A stretch of 63,979 nucleotides of DNA, filler included, from Catajapyx aquilonaris (Eukaryota): NCBI GenBank assembly GCA_000934665.2. It is 3 parts of 3 records of this genome, joined end to end, with 100 filler letters (N's around TTAATTAATTAA, not from the genome) between each part and the next. Parts side by side here need not be neighbours in the genome. Positions count along the whole stretch, not along the records: positions 21,768 to 43,317 come from JYFJ02006019.1; positions 43,418 to 63,979 come from JYFJ02006234.1; 1 more part is not named here. One strand, given 5' to 3'. The position numbers and the translations under genes are program-made. The notes under the pieces were generated by a model that saw only the letters and a list, made by a program, of their open reading frames with translations, did no database searches and was not told the DNA's origin. Positions within the stretch are counted from its first letter, which is position 1; each line of letters starts with the position of its first letter. Positions 39,955-52,436 of this stretch are shown here, in pieces.

Positions 39955-41886
39955 CTAAGACTGTCTCCACAAATAGATATACCAGTAGGCAAGTGAGAAT
40001 ATCAAAAACGAAAATGGGAACAAAAATAATGACATCTTATCGAGAGACATTCTAGTACAGCTACTCTGCGATGGCAGTTTAATTTTGGGTGCTTGTCCTG
40101 GTGGAGCCACCGTCACTCTTGTAGCAACTTTTTTCACATTTCCATGAGGGCACACACGACTCAGGATCAGAGCGTACTCGGTCAGGGCAGCAAACACCAA
40201 CAGTATGCACGCTATTATCCACACCTCGATGCATTTCAAGCTCGTCGTTTTTGGCGACTGCTCTCTGCAAAGAAAGTAAAGGATGCTTGAGTCATGTGCG
40301 TGATCTTTTACAACTATATACAAGGTGCAATAAATGTATGGACGTCACACTTTATCTTATACGCGGTCAATGCATTAATTTTTCAAATAATTATTCTTCT
40401 GACCTATAAACTAAAGTTCTGAAGTGCAAGAGGATCAGGGTAAGTGTTTTAAAATTCGGAACTTCATAAATGGCAAAGTCGAGAGGAGACAAACACTTTC
40501 TTTGATCCCCTGTAAAGAGCAAGAAGAAATCCTCTGTCTCAGTGTCCAAACTGATGCATTACATGAGGCTCTCAAAGCATCATTATGTATACTCTGCGTC
40601 ACAATCTGGTGACGAGATTCTGGCTGAGTTTTTTCTTGTGAGTTGACACACATACATGCAGAACAATATTTTGATTACACACTGTTTTAATGCTCACCTG
40701 ACACTGATATACATGGAAATGAGTGCAAGCATGGTAGTGATTAGGAGAATCATTCTTCCCGGTACTATGTCGGGCTTCACCACGAAGCTTATCCATGACA
40801 CAATGACGAACATGGTGCTTGGAAGATATGTCTGAAGAATATATGGCGCCAGATTTCTTGTCATGTTGATTTCGAGAGTTAGTGACGACCATCTAGCTAT
40901 GATTGTAGAAAAATTATAGGTTAAGTTATATTTCATATTATTAGCTATTTCCCGTGACTGGACAGGCCCCTGAACAAAGTTGATTATGTATCTGCTGGGT
41001 GAAAGTGTGACCCTCATTTTCTCTGTATAAATTGGTTGGTTCAACAAGTGAAACATCATATTATAAATATAGAATTTTACGGTTATAGTCTGACATAACT
41101 GCCTGCCTCAGCGACATACAACTTATAATAACTGTCCTTGTATCAGAACTCTTCGCGCTAAACAATTAATGAATTAACTGTCCGATTACTCCGATACTAC
41201 TGTAAGGAAAATGCACCTAATTAGCTTAAAGTTTACAATTGCTTTGAATCGTTGAAAGTGCTACAGCGATTATTTACCTCCAACAAATTCTTTACTTAGC
41301 ACTGTTGTATGCGAAAATGTCATATCGAATTGTGGCACGTGATTCCAGTTGTCAGCAAATTCAAGGGGAAGGTATGAGTCCTTGTACCAGTCAAGGGTAA
41401 CCATTTTGCTGTCATAAGCATCTGAAAGGGATTGCCGATGCATTAATGGAAATATTATGCAATATTATTATAAGAAAACTTACAACTCATGAGAGTGATT
41501 TTACAGCTCTGTTTGTCTAACGGATACAGACGGAAATCCATCCGGCAGACCACGTCAATTTCACATCTTTAAAAATGAAAAATAATGACTAGTTAATATC
41601 TTGTAGGCTTTTAAAATGTTATTTTAAAAATAAAGTGATAAAATACTTACGGTGTAGAACGTTCTAATTGATTATTGACAAAAATACGCATAGATTCGAG
41701 AGGAGTCCGGAAATTTTGCTGCTTAAATGTGCGGGCCTCTTCTACATAAGTGTCTGGTGTCCAAAATAAGGAAATCATATTACTGTCCATTGAAACGTAA
41801 TTATTGGTTCCACCAAACACATCCGGAGAAATGTTAAGCCTCGGCTCGTTCCAGGTTTCTCGCAAGTACCATGACATGGTAATTTC
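39955..41886 (-). CDS. divergent Cys-loop ligand-gated ion channel subunit, glycine/GABA-receptor-like anion type (5' exons not found)
   Basis: Phase-consistent exons 41886-41651, 41566-41484, 41421-41278, 40896-40698, 40264-39955. Motifs WNEPRL and FWTPDTY; Cys loop CRMDFRLYPLDKQSC; M1 YILQTYLPSTMFVIVSWISF; M2 PGRMILLITTMLALISM; M3 IEVWIIACILLVFAALTEYA; M4 LDKMSLFLFPFSFLIFSLAYW. Confidence 0.92.
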
Positions 41887-42704
41887 CTGTACCAAATGAT
41901 GAAAATGATGTATTCACCTTATACGAACTCACAGTCACACTAGTCAGTCACAAATACACATGTTGTTACACTGCCCAAGTTGACAATCCAGACAAGAGGG
42001 AGTAGTCCACCTCCAATGTGCATGTGTCGCGAATGAGAAAAAAAATATGGAACCCTAAAAGAAGCTCCAAACCTTGTTCATAGCCTTGGAGTTCTCATCA
42101 TGCTGCCCAGGAGTGGCTAATCAATTTACTCTCCCACGTACTCCGTCTTCGGTCCGTCAATTTGGGCAGAGTACAGTACCACCCTGTATAATAATTATAA
42201 TGCATTCAGACTTATTATAGTACTGGCGATGGCGTCATATGGGGCCACAATGCCTGTCAACAATATCACTTAAAAAGGAATGACATCTAATGTGACAACT
42301 AATGCTGAATACATCGTAGCACGTAACCATTAGCTGAAGGTCGTTAACAGCAGTGACGAATCTCCCAAATTCTTTCCTCCAGTTTACGCATTTTTGTCAT
42401 TCAAATAAAACTGATTTTCCAGTGTGATTTGTGTGTGTATTCTCTTGGAGAAGTCAAATTAGCTAAGTTCACTAGACATGGTGGTGGGTCAGATAAGTTT
42501 ATGACAGAGAGGAAACGGATGATTCCCGAGAAAACCCGCGTGAACTCCTGGGAACCAGAGGGTCACTCTCTTTTTGTAGATGTGTAATTTAGTCCCCACA
42601 GCCTTCTTACCGAGATAATGAGTATAAACACTACGTATAAAATACACTGGCAGATATGCAGCACACCGCACCACATTGTCTTATTTTAAATTTCGGTATT
42701 GTCA

Positions 42705-42821
42705 TATAGTAAAACTTCTATAAGTCGAACTTCCCTAAGTCGTAGTTCTCTCTAAGTCGAAGAAAATTATGAGCTTGGTTGGTCACTATGTAAAATAATA
42801 GGAAATAAACTTCCCTAACTC
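42705..42821. mobile_element. left end of a pogo-like MITE, interrupted by a SINE
   Basis: TAGTAAAACTTCTATAAGTCG start with repeated TAAGTCG units. Confidence 0.55.
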
Positions 42822-43090
42822 AGGGGCGGCATGGTGGTCTAGCGGTTGCCGCTGGCCAGCCAAGCGGGAGGCCGGGGTTTAAATCCCGTCCCCGTCACTT
42901 CTGCTTGGCCGGGTCTTTTTCCGCTTTTCACCCGACATGCCGGAGCAGAATTGCACTCCCTTCTCTGCTCGGGGCCAGGAGAAAAGCCCTGGTGTTAAAG
43001 AATGTCAGACATGGCTATCGCACGGCGCCCTCCCTTGGGAACTTCCCCTTCCCCCCTAAGAGGGCCACGAGATCCACGGAGGCTTGAGTC
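42822..43090 (+). mobile_element. tRNA-derived SINE-like element, family E
   Basis: GC-rich head with A box TGGTCTAGCGG and degenerate B box GGTTTAAATCC. The 3' boundary is approximate. Confidence 0.6.
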
Positions 43091-43317
43091 ATCCAAGCAC
43101 AGTATATGGAGGGTCCACGAGACCTGTTTTCAACCCGCCCAAAAGTGCTAAGTTCTGAGCCCACCCCTTCCAAGAAAGCCACGGGGGGGAGTGACGTAGA
43201 CAGTCGGCTCCACCGACCCTGGACATAGGCAAATGCATGTTATTTGGGTGCATCAGCCCACATTCGATTTTTTATCTGGCGAACAGTGCATCCGACGTTC
43301 ACAGGTCCCACTACGGA

Positions 43318-43417
43318 NNNNNNNNNNNNNNNNNNNNNNNNNNNNNNNNNNNNNNNNNNNNTTAATTAATTAANNNNNNNNNNNNNNNNNNNNNNNNNNN
43401 NNNNNNNNNNNNNNNNN
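43318..43417. other. assembly spacer (Ns with TTAATTAATTAA)
   Basis: 100 nt, identical to the first spacer. Confidence 0.97.
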
Positions 43418-43712
43418 TACAAAATATCCTGTCGGTTAGGCCACCCATCGAACCCTCCCCCAGTCAGAAGGCTCTGGAAGGTCTGGGGGCGGGACTTTGT
43501 TGGTTTGTTGCCCACAGGTGGTAAGGCCTCTTTGGCTAGTTACACCAGAAAATTCTATTTAAAAGTCAGAATGAGCGATTAGGCAAAAATCGCTAAAGAG
43601 CGTATCTCAGTAATGAGGCTGCCCAGACATATGACTCCTATACTTAAATCGATCCTCTGGTGGCTAGGAAGGCAGTCATATACGTCGGGGCACTGAGTTC
43701 AGATACACCCTG
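43418..43712. mobile_element. MITE family D, right half
   Basis: Ends in CACTGAGTTCAGATACACCCTG-TA, the near reverse complement of the left end at 25600. Confidence 0.8.
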
Positions 43713-43847
43713 TATAATAATCGCTCATGAATTTCCAGAGTAACAACAGGGCCGTTCCCTTTTTACGACGAATTTTGTTTCCCTCATTTGCTGGTGGTTG
43801 TTAACAGAAAATCCCGCTGAATCGTATTTCAATTCATCTTATTCCAG

Positions 43848-46800
43848 TCGACAGTCCCGTTCCAAATCCAGAGTGTGATATGCAACGAACGCAGAAAGTT
43901 TTGTCGACGTGGTATCCACGAGAAAAACTGCTTAGACATGCTGTGGGCATCGGCAGCGGGGGATGTATGCAGAGTTAAGGAGCTCTTAAACACCGACGTT
44001 GATCCTGATGTTACTGATGGCGACGGAAACACGGCTCTTATACTAGCCAGTGTTAGTATCAATATGATATTATGTGAAATCATGAGAAAGTAAGTACCAT
44101 AATGAGAGTAATCATTGTCACGCAGGCGGTTTGGGAACCCCAAGTTGTGACACTGCTTCTGGACTGGGCTGCCGATGTAAACGTCACGAATGATGAAGGG
44201 TTCAGTCCTCTTTTAATAGCTCTGTACAGATACTTTCACTTGTACAAGAAGGTGGAAAAATTACAGGGATTGTACACAATAACAAAGAAAGCCTCATCGG
44301 TCTCAGAACATAATAAGCAGCAGACCATTTGGACAGGGGAACCTGAGCTCACTGCAGTAAAAAGTAGTACGAGAATAAGCGCCCCACGAGGAAGTATCAA
44401 GCCAACATCTGATCAAAGTCGTCACAGAAGTTCTCTTCTTACTGCTTCAAAATCTGAAGCAAAAATCAAAGTCGTTACTGAACCTGTGCGAAATACTACC
44501 ACATCAACAAAGGTCGTGGACGCTCGTTTACTGAAGCTGTACTTCTACACGCCCTACGGTTTGATTCGCGGGAAGAACTTGGAGTTCTCTCCCAAAGCGT
44601 TCGTTCCCATCCCGACTTATTCTGCACCACAAATAACAACATGTCAATCAAAAGACAGCAGCAGTGGACCTCAGTCCTCGTCGACCTTCAGATTTCGTAG
44701 TCCATCAACAAGCACTGACCGTCCTTCTCGGCGGCTGCCTGAAATAGAAGGCCCGTCACATGCGATGCCCACAAAATCCAAGTATGCATATGTCTTTGTC
44801 AATAATAATATTATTAGTTGACCCTGTACACTAGCTATTTTGTATGCCTGTGTAGGTCCTTGTCCATTCACGACGCCACACAGAAAATGATCACTACTGT
44901 GGAGGTCCTCCTGAAACGAGGTGCAAACCCCAACCTGCTATCAGGGGATGTGACCCCGCTGACACTGGCAATAAGGGCTGGTGACACGACCATCGTCGAC
45001 CTGCTGCTAAAATACGGGGCCAGCCCAGAACAAACTCTTTCTGAAGAAGAAGGTAGCGTCGCACCCATCCATCTGGCAGCAAGTTTGTCCACCACGCCTC
45101 AAGGACCAGCAATAATCATGTCACTGGTAATGTCACAAGAATTTTGATTAGGCTATAATATTTTCAGCGTATAATTGCGTGGTTTCATCCAACAGATCCA
45201 ATCAGGGGCAAATCTCTCTCGACGCATGAAACCGGATTCTTCATACATTTCCACCTTGCCTGAGCGCAAATTAGAGGTGATGGAATGGACAAAGCACAAG
45301 AACTTTCAGTTACAAGGAAAGCAGGCTCTCCACATTGTATGCGCGAAGGATACACAACCAGGGACACACATTGAACCAGAGGTGAAAAGTGGTGGAAAAC
45401 CCGAAATCACTCCAATTAAAAGCGCAATAATATTATTGAAAAAGAAAGCCCACGATGATAACCCGACAGTCAAATTCGGACTGCATTCAGTATCAAGAAG
45501 TGACAGTAACGCAAGAATAGTAGCACACATCGGTGAACAAGCAAGGAGCAAGTCGAAAACATTGAGACATAAATCAATAGATTCTGGAATGAATAAAGGC
45601 CTCGACAGTGACGGTGCTGGTAAGACCAGAAAGAGCAGAGATGTCTCTTTAGGGAGGGGTGAAAAGAAAACTGTGATCTCCGATAAAAAAACGCAAGTGG
45701 CCATTGAGCACACTCCAGGTAAGGACTTTATAAGGAAGGACTTTCGTAATCAGAGATTATTGAGTTATGATCGATATTTTCAGTCCAAGGCAGAGTGAAG
45801 AAAGAGGAAGAGAAAAGAATGGTACAGTACAGACTCATGGCGGTCGTTAAGAGTCTGGTAAAGGCCGGAGCAAATGTCAACGATGAGGTCAACGGTCAGA
45901 ATCCTCTGTCGTTGGCCATTCTCCATGGAAATGACGCTCTGCTCCCAGTGCTTTTAGAAGCGGGTGCTGATCCCAATAAGAAACTCACCATGGGCACTGG
46001 ATCCGCCATGGGTGCTGCCCTCAGCACAGAAGGCGAACGTGACCGCAAGTTTCTGGACAGGAAGAAAGTCGTAGACGTACTGATGGGTATGGGTAAAGCA
46101 GACCTGTCACAAGAGTGTCGTTTCACCCCACATGAAGGTGACATAGGAACTGCGATTGATTTATTCCACAGGAGAATTCAACAGGAGAAGTACGATATTG
46201 TTACAAAAATAATGTTGCTCGCATGATCCTGATTTGTTGTTATTCCAGAATGGATGGAATTTCTAAGGATTACTTAAAGAAGGATAGGAAGAAGTTGGCG
46301 GTATATTTGGGAAGTCTTTCGCGCAACAAGTTCTTGGGAAAAATTACTCCACTCTTAAAGGTCTTGAAAGATCCAAACCTCACTAAGAATGAAAGAGAAG
46401 AACTCGTAAAGGAATTGAAAGAATCGTTATTTGAGAAGCTCGGCAAGTCACCAAACGTAACCGAAAACTACTAGATTTTCCTTGTGATCTTTATTACTTG
46501 TAGTATTATTGGAAACCCTCATAAGTCAGGTGCAATATATGATTATTTCTTCCCAATAGCAAGCCAAAGATGCGATAGCTTCCATGAAGTTCTGTTTTAA
46601 CTGCGGTCAAGTACTACGCGGCAAGATAACAGCTGAGTGCGAAATCTGTACGATGCCATTCTGTTCTCAGGATTGCAAATTAGCAGCCATGAATCGCGGG
46701 CACCGAGAAAAGGAATGTCCCAGGATAGTAGGTAAGTACACTTTCCTTTTACTTCATTGAGACACAAGATTGTTGCTTAAACTTGACGGAGACTTATGCA

Positions 46801-47147
46801 ACTTACACTTCTTTCTGAAGTTAATGCCATAGCTAAACATACTGTAAATGTCGTTATGTTTCAGATTGCCAAACAATAATCAATCCAGTAGCAGCGAGAC
46901 GTGTACGAGCCAAAAAAGACAACAGAATGTGTAAGAATATCACGATTGCGTTATTCTGCCGATGGCCACTCTAAAACAGATTATATGATAATTTACTGAT
47001 TAAATTTCAGATAACCCGCCTAAACCCATTCTGCGTCGGTCTGTTGGATACATACTCACTGAATGCAGGGACATGAAAGTTATCATTACGCCATCAGAGG
47101 GCACCCTCCACGCTGTTCCTAAGAAGGAAAATTACAGCATAAATTAA
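43848..47147 (+). CDS. ANKMY1: ANKMY1-like copy A (exons 4-12; MORN exons not seen before the spacer)
   Basis: Exons 43848-44051, 44126-44781, 44856-45126, 45196-45718, 45784-46189, 46249-46456, 46560-46731, 46865-46930, 47011-47147; all GT-AG and phase-consistent. Ankyrin repeats, MYND finger CFNC...CEIC...FCSQDC...H...C, ending ENYSIN-stop. AATAAA at 47182. Confidence 0.88.
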
Positions 47148-47329
47148 TCTGTTGATGCTTACATTATTTTACAATGTTTACAATAAAGTCGTTTACATTC
47201 CAAATTAGGGATCCATAATTTCTCTTTCAGCCCCTTCTTTCCTATTATGCCATGTACAGTAATAGTTTACATTGAAAGTTGCTAGACAGTATCAGCTTGA
47301 ATATTATTTACGATCCTCATCCACTCTGA

Positions 47330-47362
47330 TTGTCGCCTTTGTTTACCGTTTCCAAGGTTGTC
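47330..47362 (+). promoter_or_regulatory. conserved upstream motif of copy B (forkhead-like TGTTTAC plus X-box-like GTTTCCAAGG)
   Basis: TTGTCGCCTTTGTTTACCGTTTCCAAGG; the same motif recurs upstream of copies C and D. Confidence 0.55.
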
Positions 47363-47572
47363 ATTCGAATCCAATTCAAACTAACGAGATTTTACTTCGC
47401 GATAGGTTGACAGGGAGAGAGTACGTGTCTTTCGCGTTAGGTTTGCAAAAGCAATTATACATTTTACTTCGTGTCAGTTTTAATGCTATAGGGAAGTTTA
47501 CGTTTATTTCGTATCAGTTTTACAAAGCAGGCGAGAGTTTATTTACCGCTAGTTTTAGGAGCGTTTGCTGGT

Positions 47573-50500
47573 ATGAGTACTTTAGATTATTTAGGTCAGT
47601 TCGATTCCGATGAATTGCGCTCCGGGGAAGGTACTCAGAAATATTCGAAGGATGAGGTAACTACGTCATTTTGTCATTCATATGACTACATTATATGAGA
47701 AACTAACATTATGCATGCTTCTGTTACCTGCAGATATGCCGAGGGAATTTTGTCCACGATTGCCCGCATGGATATGCTGAATACACATGGGAGGGAAACG
47801 TCACATACAAAGGGTATTTCTACATGGGACAGAAAGAAGGATACGGATGCCAAACCTATCCAGATGGACGGGTTTTTCACGTAAGTTACATTACCTTATT
47901 CAGTTACCGCCTCTGCAATTATATTGGCCTAAATTGTGGCCTGCCATTTTTTTTAAAAAAATCACACAGCTTTTTATACCATGACTCTGTAGTGTGTATA
48001 CATACATTCACAGGGACTATACAAGAGCAACAAACGCCACGGACCAGGAGTCCAGACGTATCCTACAGGCCACCAAGACGTTGGAATTTGGGAAGATGAT
48101 AATCTCATCCGGCTCTGCACCAGGAGGTCTCTTCTAACAACTACACTGCCTCCTCTTGGACAAATGAAGGGCAGGATGAGAATCTTAGAGTCTAAACCGC
48201 CACGCAACCGTCCTATGGAGATACTCCTGGATGCAGGGGGTCAAGGTCTCGAGGAATATGTCGGATATCTGTGCAACCCTTACGTGCGGCAACCAAAAAG
48301 TCTGAGCATGAACCACGCCTTTCTCCAAGCAATGCACAGAAAGGGAAAACCCTGGGGACCAGACTACAGGATTGTAGCCTGGAATAATACCGACCACATG
48401 TGTGACATGCAGTTGTACATTTTCAACAATCGACATGCTCAGGTTTGGACAATAACACTTTTGTTGACGGGCATGGTCTTTCGTGGCAGTTTATTATGCA
48501 ATAGCAATCTGTTACGCTTCAGTGTTTTCGTGTTTATCTATATTCAACATATCGCTTAAACCAGTTTTTCCACATAACTGAATATATTTCTTCCAGGATG
48601 AAACCCCGATCAACATTAAAAACATCATATTAAACGATCGCACCAGTTTTTGCCTTCGTGGAAAGGATGAACAAGACTGCCTCAACTTCATGTTGGCTTC
48701 GAAAGAGGGAGATTCAGAGACAGTAAAAAAGCACTTGTCGAAGGATATCTATCCTGATGTTTCCGACGGCGAAGGGAACACTGCTCTTATCCTAGCCAGT
48801 GTTAGTACTAATTAGCAATAATTGTACTGTGTAATATGTTCGTGGTAACAGGTAATAATAACAACTTTCATGCAGGCCTACTGGGAACCCGAGGTTGTGG
48901 CACTGCTTCTAGATAGTGGTGCCGATATCAACGCAATAAATGATGAAGGGTTTAACCCACTCCTAATAGCTTTGTACAGATACTTTTTCGAGTACAAGAA
49001 GGTGGATAGGTTAAGAGGAGTATTCGCGGGCTTAGTAAAAAACCAACAGATCACAGCTTCACAAGAAGCAGAGCCTATCATATGGACAGGGGAACCTACA
49101 GTTATTCAGAAAGAAACCAGGAGGCCTAGCTTATCAAGAATATCAAGGCTTACCGCGAGTCGCTCTAAGATGAGCCGCTTGGACATGAATAAATCTGAAA
49201 AGAGAGAGGTGCCAAGTCCTAAATCGAAGACGAATGTTGCCAAGAAAGTTACCACAGTAAGAGATGAAATGAGATCTCGACTGCTGACACTGTGTTCCTA
49301 CTCACCATATGGCTGGGCCCGTGCAACTCGGCTATACCAGCCCAAGAAGTATCCAATTCCTGAGCCATTCCCTCAATGTGAAATAATTAAAGACGATTCA
49401 CAGGAAGGTCATCTTCCAGGACTGAGTTCGGCCTTCCGCCTCGGAAGTCTTCCACAATGGTCTTCTATGAGAATTGGCCTTCCTTCTTGGTGGGTGTCTG
49501 AGACAGACAACCAAAGTTCATGGAGGATCAAGAAAGTCAGGTGTCGTATTGTTTTTGTCGCGTTATTAATCTTAACAATTGTTGGACAGCTATTGTAATA
49601 TGTTTCCTCTATCCAGCCCGACCCTTGACGAAGCAACATCCAGAGTGCTCAAGACAGTGGAGCTTCTTCTGCAGAGAGGTGCAAACCCTAATTTTCTCTC
49701 AGGGGATGTGACCCCGCTGACACTGGCAGTAAGGGCTGGTGACCTGGCCATTGTAAACCTACTTCTTAAACACGGGGCCAATCCGGAGCAAACTCTTCCC
49801 GAAGAACACGGCAGCATCGCACCCATTCATTTGGCAGCAAACACAGCCTTCTCTCCTGACGCTCCGGAAATCATCACATCACTGGTCAGTGCAAACAAAA
49901 GACTGACAGAATCATACCTTAGTCGTCTGACTCTACTTGTACACAATAGTTTTTACAGTAGCTGTTGGGTGATTTGTGTGTAAATAATATTGGTCGATTG
50001 TAATTCGCCTGTGCTAATATTGTAGAGTGATGTGACTTATGCTTTCCATCAAACAGGTGAAGGCTGGCAGTACTGTTTCCCGACGAGTGGATCCTGATGC
50101 CGCATATATTAGTATCTTACCTGAACGCAGATATGAGTTAGCTGAGTGGGTGAAAAAAGATAATTTTCAACTGCAAGGAAAGCAGGCTTTACACATTGCA
50201 TGCGCTAAAGAAGTACTCACTTGTAAGGAATCCATCATAAGAGTAGACAAATCAAAGGCAGAGCTAGCTCCAATTCAAAGTACTATGATGGCAGAGCAAG
50301 AAAAAAAGTATTTAGCCCAGGATGATTATTACTCAACGGAAAGATCCACCACTCGCCTAGCTGGTGTACTGTCAACAACCTCAGTTACTCTCAAAAGATC
50401 ATCGGGTACATTAGACCGTCAATGGTCAACAGGTACTGTCGCAAGAAATGAGACCAGCAGGCAGTTTATGGCAGGAAAGGACCAGAAATCGAAAACGAAC

Positions 50501-52110
50501 ATCAGAATCGATGGATCTATAGGCAATGGCAGAAGAGACATTCGTGGAAGCCATGACAAAAACAGGAGGTTCAGCCTGAAGAGTCTTGACAGAAATAAGT
50601 CATTCACTAACCGTAGGAAGAGCGCTGGAAATGGTCGCGGAGAAGCACAGGAAGAGGCTAAGAAATCTGTAACATTTGCGGCCGATAAAGGTAATGCAGC
50701 ACATTGATCACGTCCGTTCTATTTGGACATGCTTGTGTTATTATTATTTTTTAAATCTTTCTTAGCAGAGACTTGTGTACCAAGAAAGGGGACCAAGAAT
50801 GCAGAAGAAAAGCGCGCACTCCTGAAGACTGTAAAGAGTCTGATACAGGCCGGAGCGGACGTGAACGAAGAGGTCAATGGTCAGAATCCTCTGTCACTGG
50901 CCATTATACACGGAAACGAGAATCTTCTTCCGGTTCTGTTGGGAGCCGGAGCCAATCCCGATAAGCCGCTGACTATGGGTACCGGTAGCGCCTTGGGTGC
51001 TGCGGTCAGCACTGATTCCGAACGTTTCCGCACGTTTCAGCAGAGAAAACAAATCGTGGAGACGTTGCTAACCAAAGGCAACGCTGACCTCAGTCGTCCC
51101 TTTCAAATTACTGTGGCTGAGACTGGGAATGCTGTCGATTTATGTAACAAGAGGATTGCACAGAATAGGTACGTTGTTGTGTAAAATTCATGGGCATGAT
51201 ACTAATTAACAAATATTACAGGGGTTTTAGAACACCTAAAGGCGATAAATTGCCAATTAATCCTGAATTGAGGCACAATCGGCAGAAAATGCAGGATTAT
51301 ATATCAAAAAAAGCCCGCGATCAATTCCTGCAAAAGATAAAAGATATTAAAGCAGCTTTGATGGATCCCAAGCTTGATGACGCAAAGAGGAAACAATTCG
51401 TAATGGAACTTCGAGATCTCTTATTTAAATCTGGCACTGGCAGCTCGACAAATGTAAGCGATAACCTAAACAGTATTTCGAATATATTCGTGCGTCGTCT
51501 TATGTAATGTATACTACAGCCCAACATTATGATTTGTTTCCCTAATCAGAAAGCCAGTTCACTAGATGGAATCAACTTCTGCTTCCAATGTGGTCGCTTA
51601 TTACATAATAAGTTTGCTGCATTCATGTGTCCAATATGTTGGATGCCATTTTGTACCGCAAGATGCAAAAGGGAAGCCATGGCGCAAAAACACCAGAAGA
51701 AGGAATGTCTCTTGATAATCGGTGAGTGCCGTTTCATTTTACTTCAATATTGGGCGCAGCATAGATTGTCCATCAAACTTGTAACCAAAATGTAAGAAAT
51801 AACAAGTAATTTCCATCAACAAAATGCACAAGTGTATCGAAGTGATTTATTTTCAGAATGCCGAAATATGGCCGATCCAGAAGCAGGGCTGATTAAAGAT
51901 GAAAAACGTCTATGTAAGAATTTGCAGTTATTTATACGTAGAAAATATACTGAATCTATTTGCTTAATTTCAGGCAAGAATCCCAAGCCCATCCTGCGCA
52001 GGGCTGTAGGATATATACTAACTGAATGCAGAAACAGGAATGTTGTACTGACCCCAACTGATGTCGCCTTCTATACCGATACTGGAAGGGAAAATTATAG
52101 CGCGAATTAA
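47573..52110 (+). CDS. ANKMY1: ANKMY1-like copy B, complete 12-exon model (about 1143 aa)
   Basis: Exons 47573-47656, 47734-47880, 48014-48442, 48597-48800, 48876-49540, 49617-49884, 50057-50690, 50766-51168, 51222-51453, 51550-51721, 51857-51913, 51974-52110 (3432 nt, in frame). MORN repeats (GLYKSNKRHGPGVQTYPTGHQDVGIW), ankyrins, MYND CFQC...CPIC...FCTARC...H...C. Confidence 0.92.
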
Positions 52111-52266
52111 ACATTTTATAGGCCTGTCTAAATGTGCAAAATAAAGTCCGGGTCATAAATATGTCATCTGCTTGGGGAAATGAAGGGAGTGAATCTATGG
52201 GAAAACTGAAATCCATATTCTTCAATTTACTGTACTATAATGTACAGACCTATTAGCAACCATAAG

Positions 52267-52299
52267 TTGTTGCCTTTGTTTGCTGTTGCTATATGAATC
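52267..52299 (+). promoter_or_regulatory. conserved upstream motif of copy C
   Basis: TTGTTGCCTTTGTTTGCTGTTGCTATATG, about 170 nt before the ATG. Confidence 0.5.
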
Positions 52300-52436
52300 A
52301 CCTTCGGGCCGTTTCGAACAGGGGGGAAAGACGTTTTTTTTCACTCTTGGCGACCTTTTTCTTTTTTCTTTTTTCTTTACAATCCCAGGGAAGGGTTTTT
52401 TTTAACCGTCAGATTTACAAAGGAACTATTGCAAGA

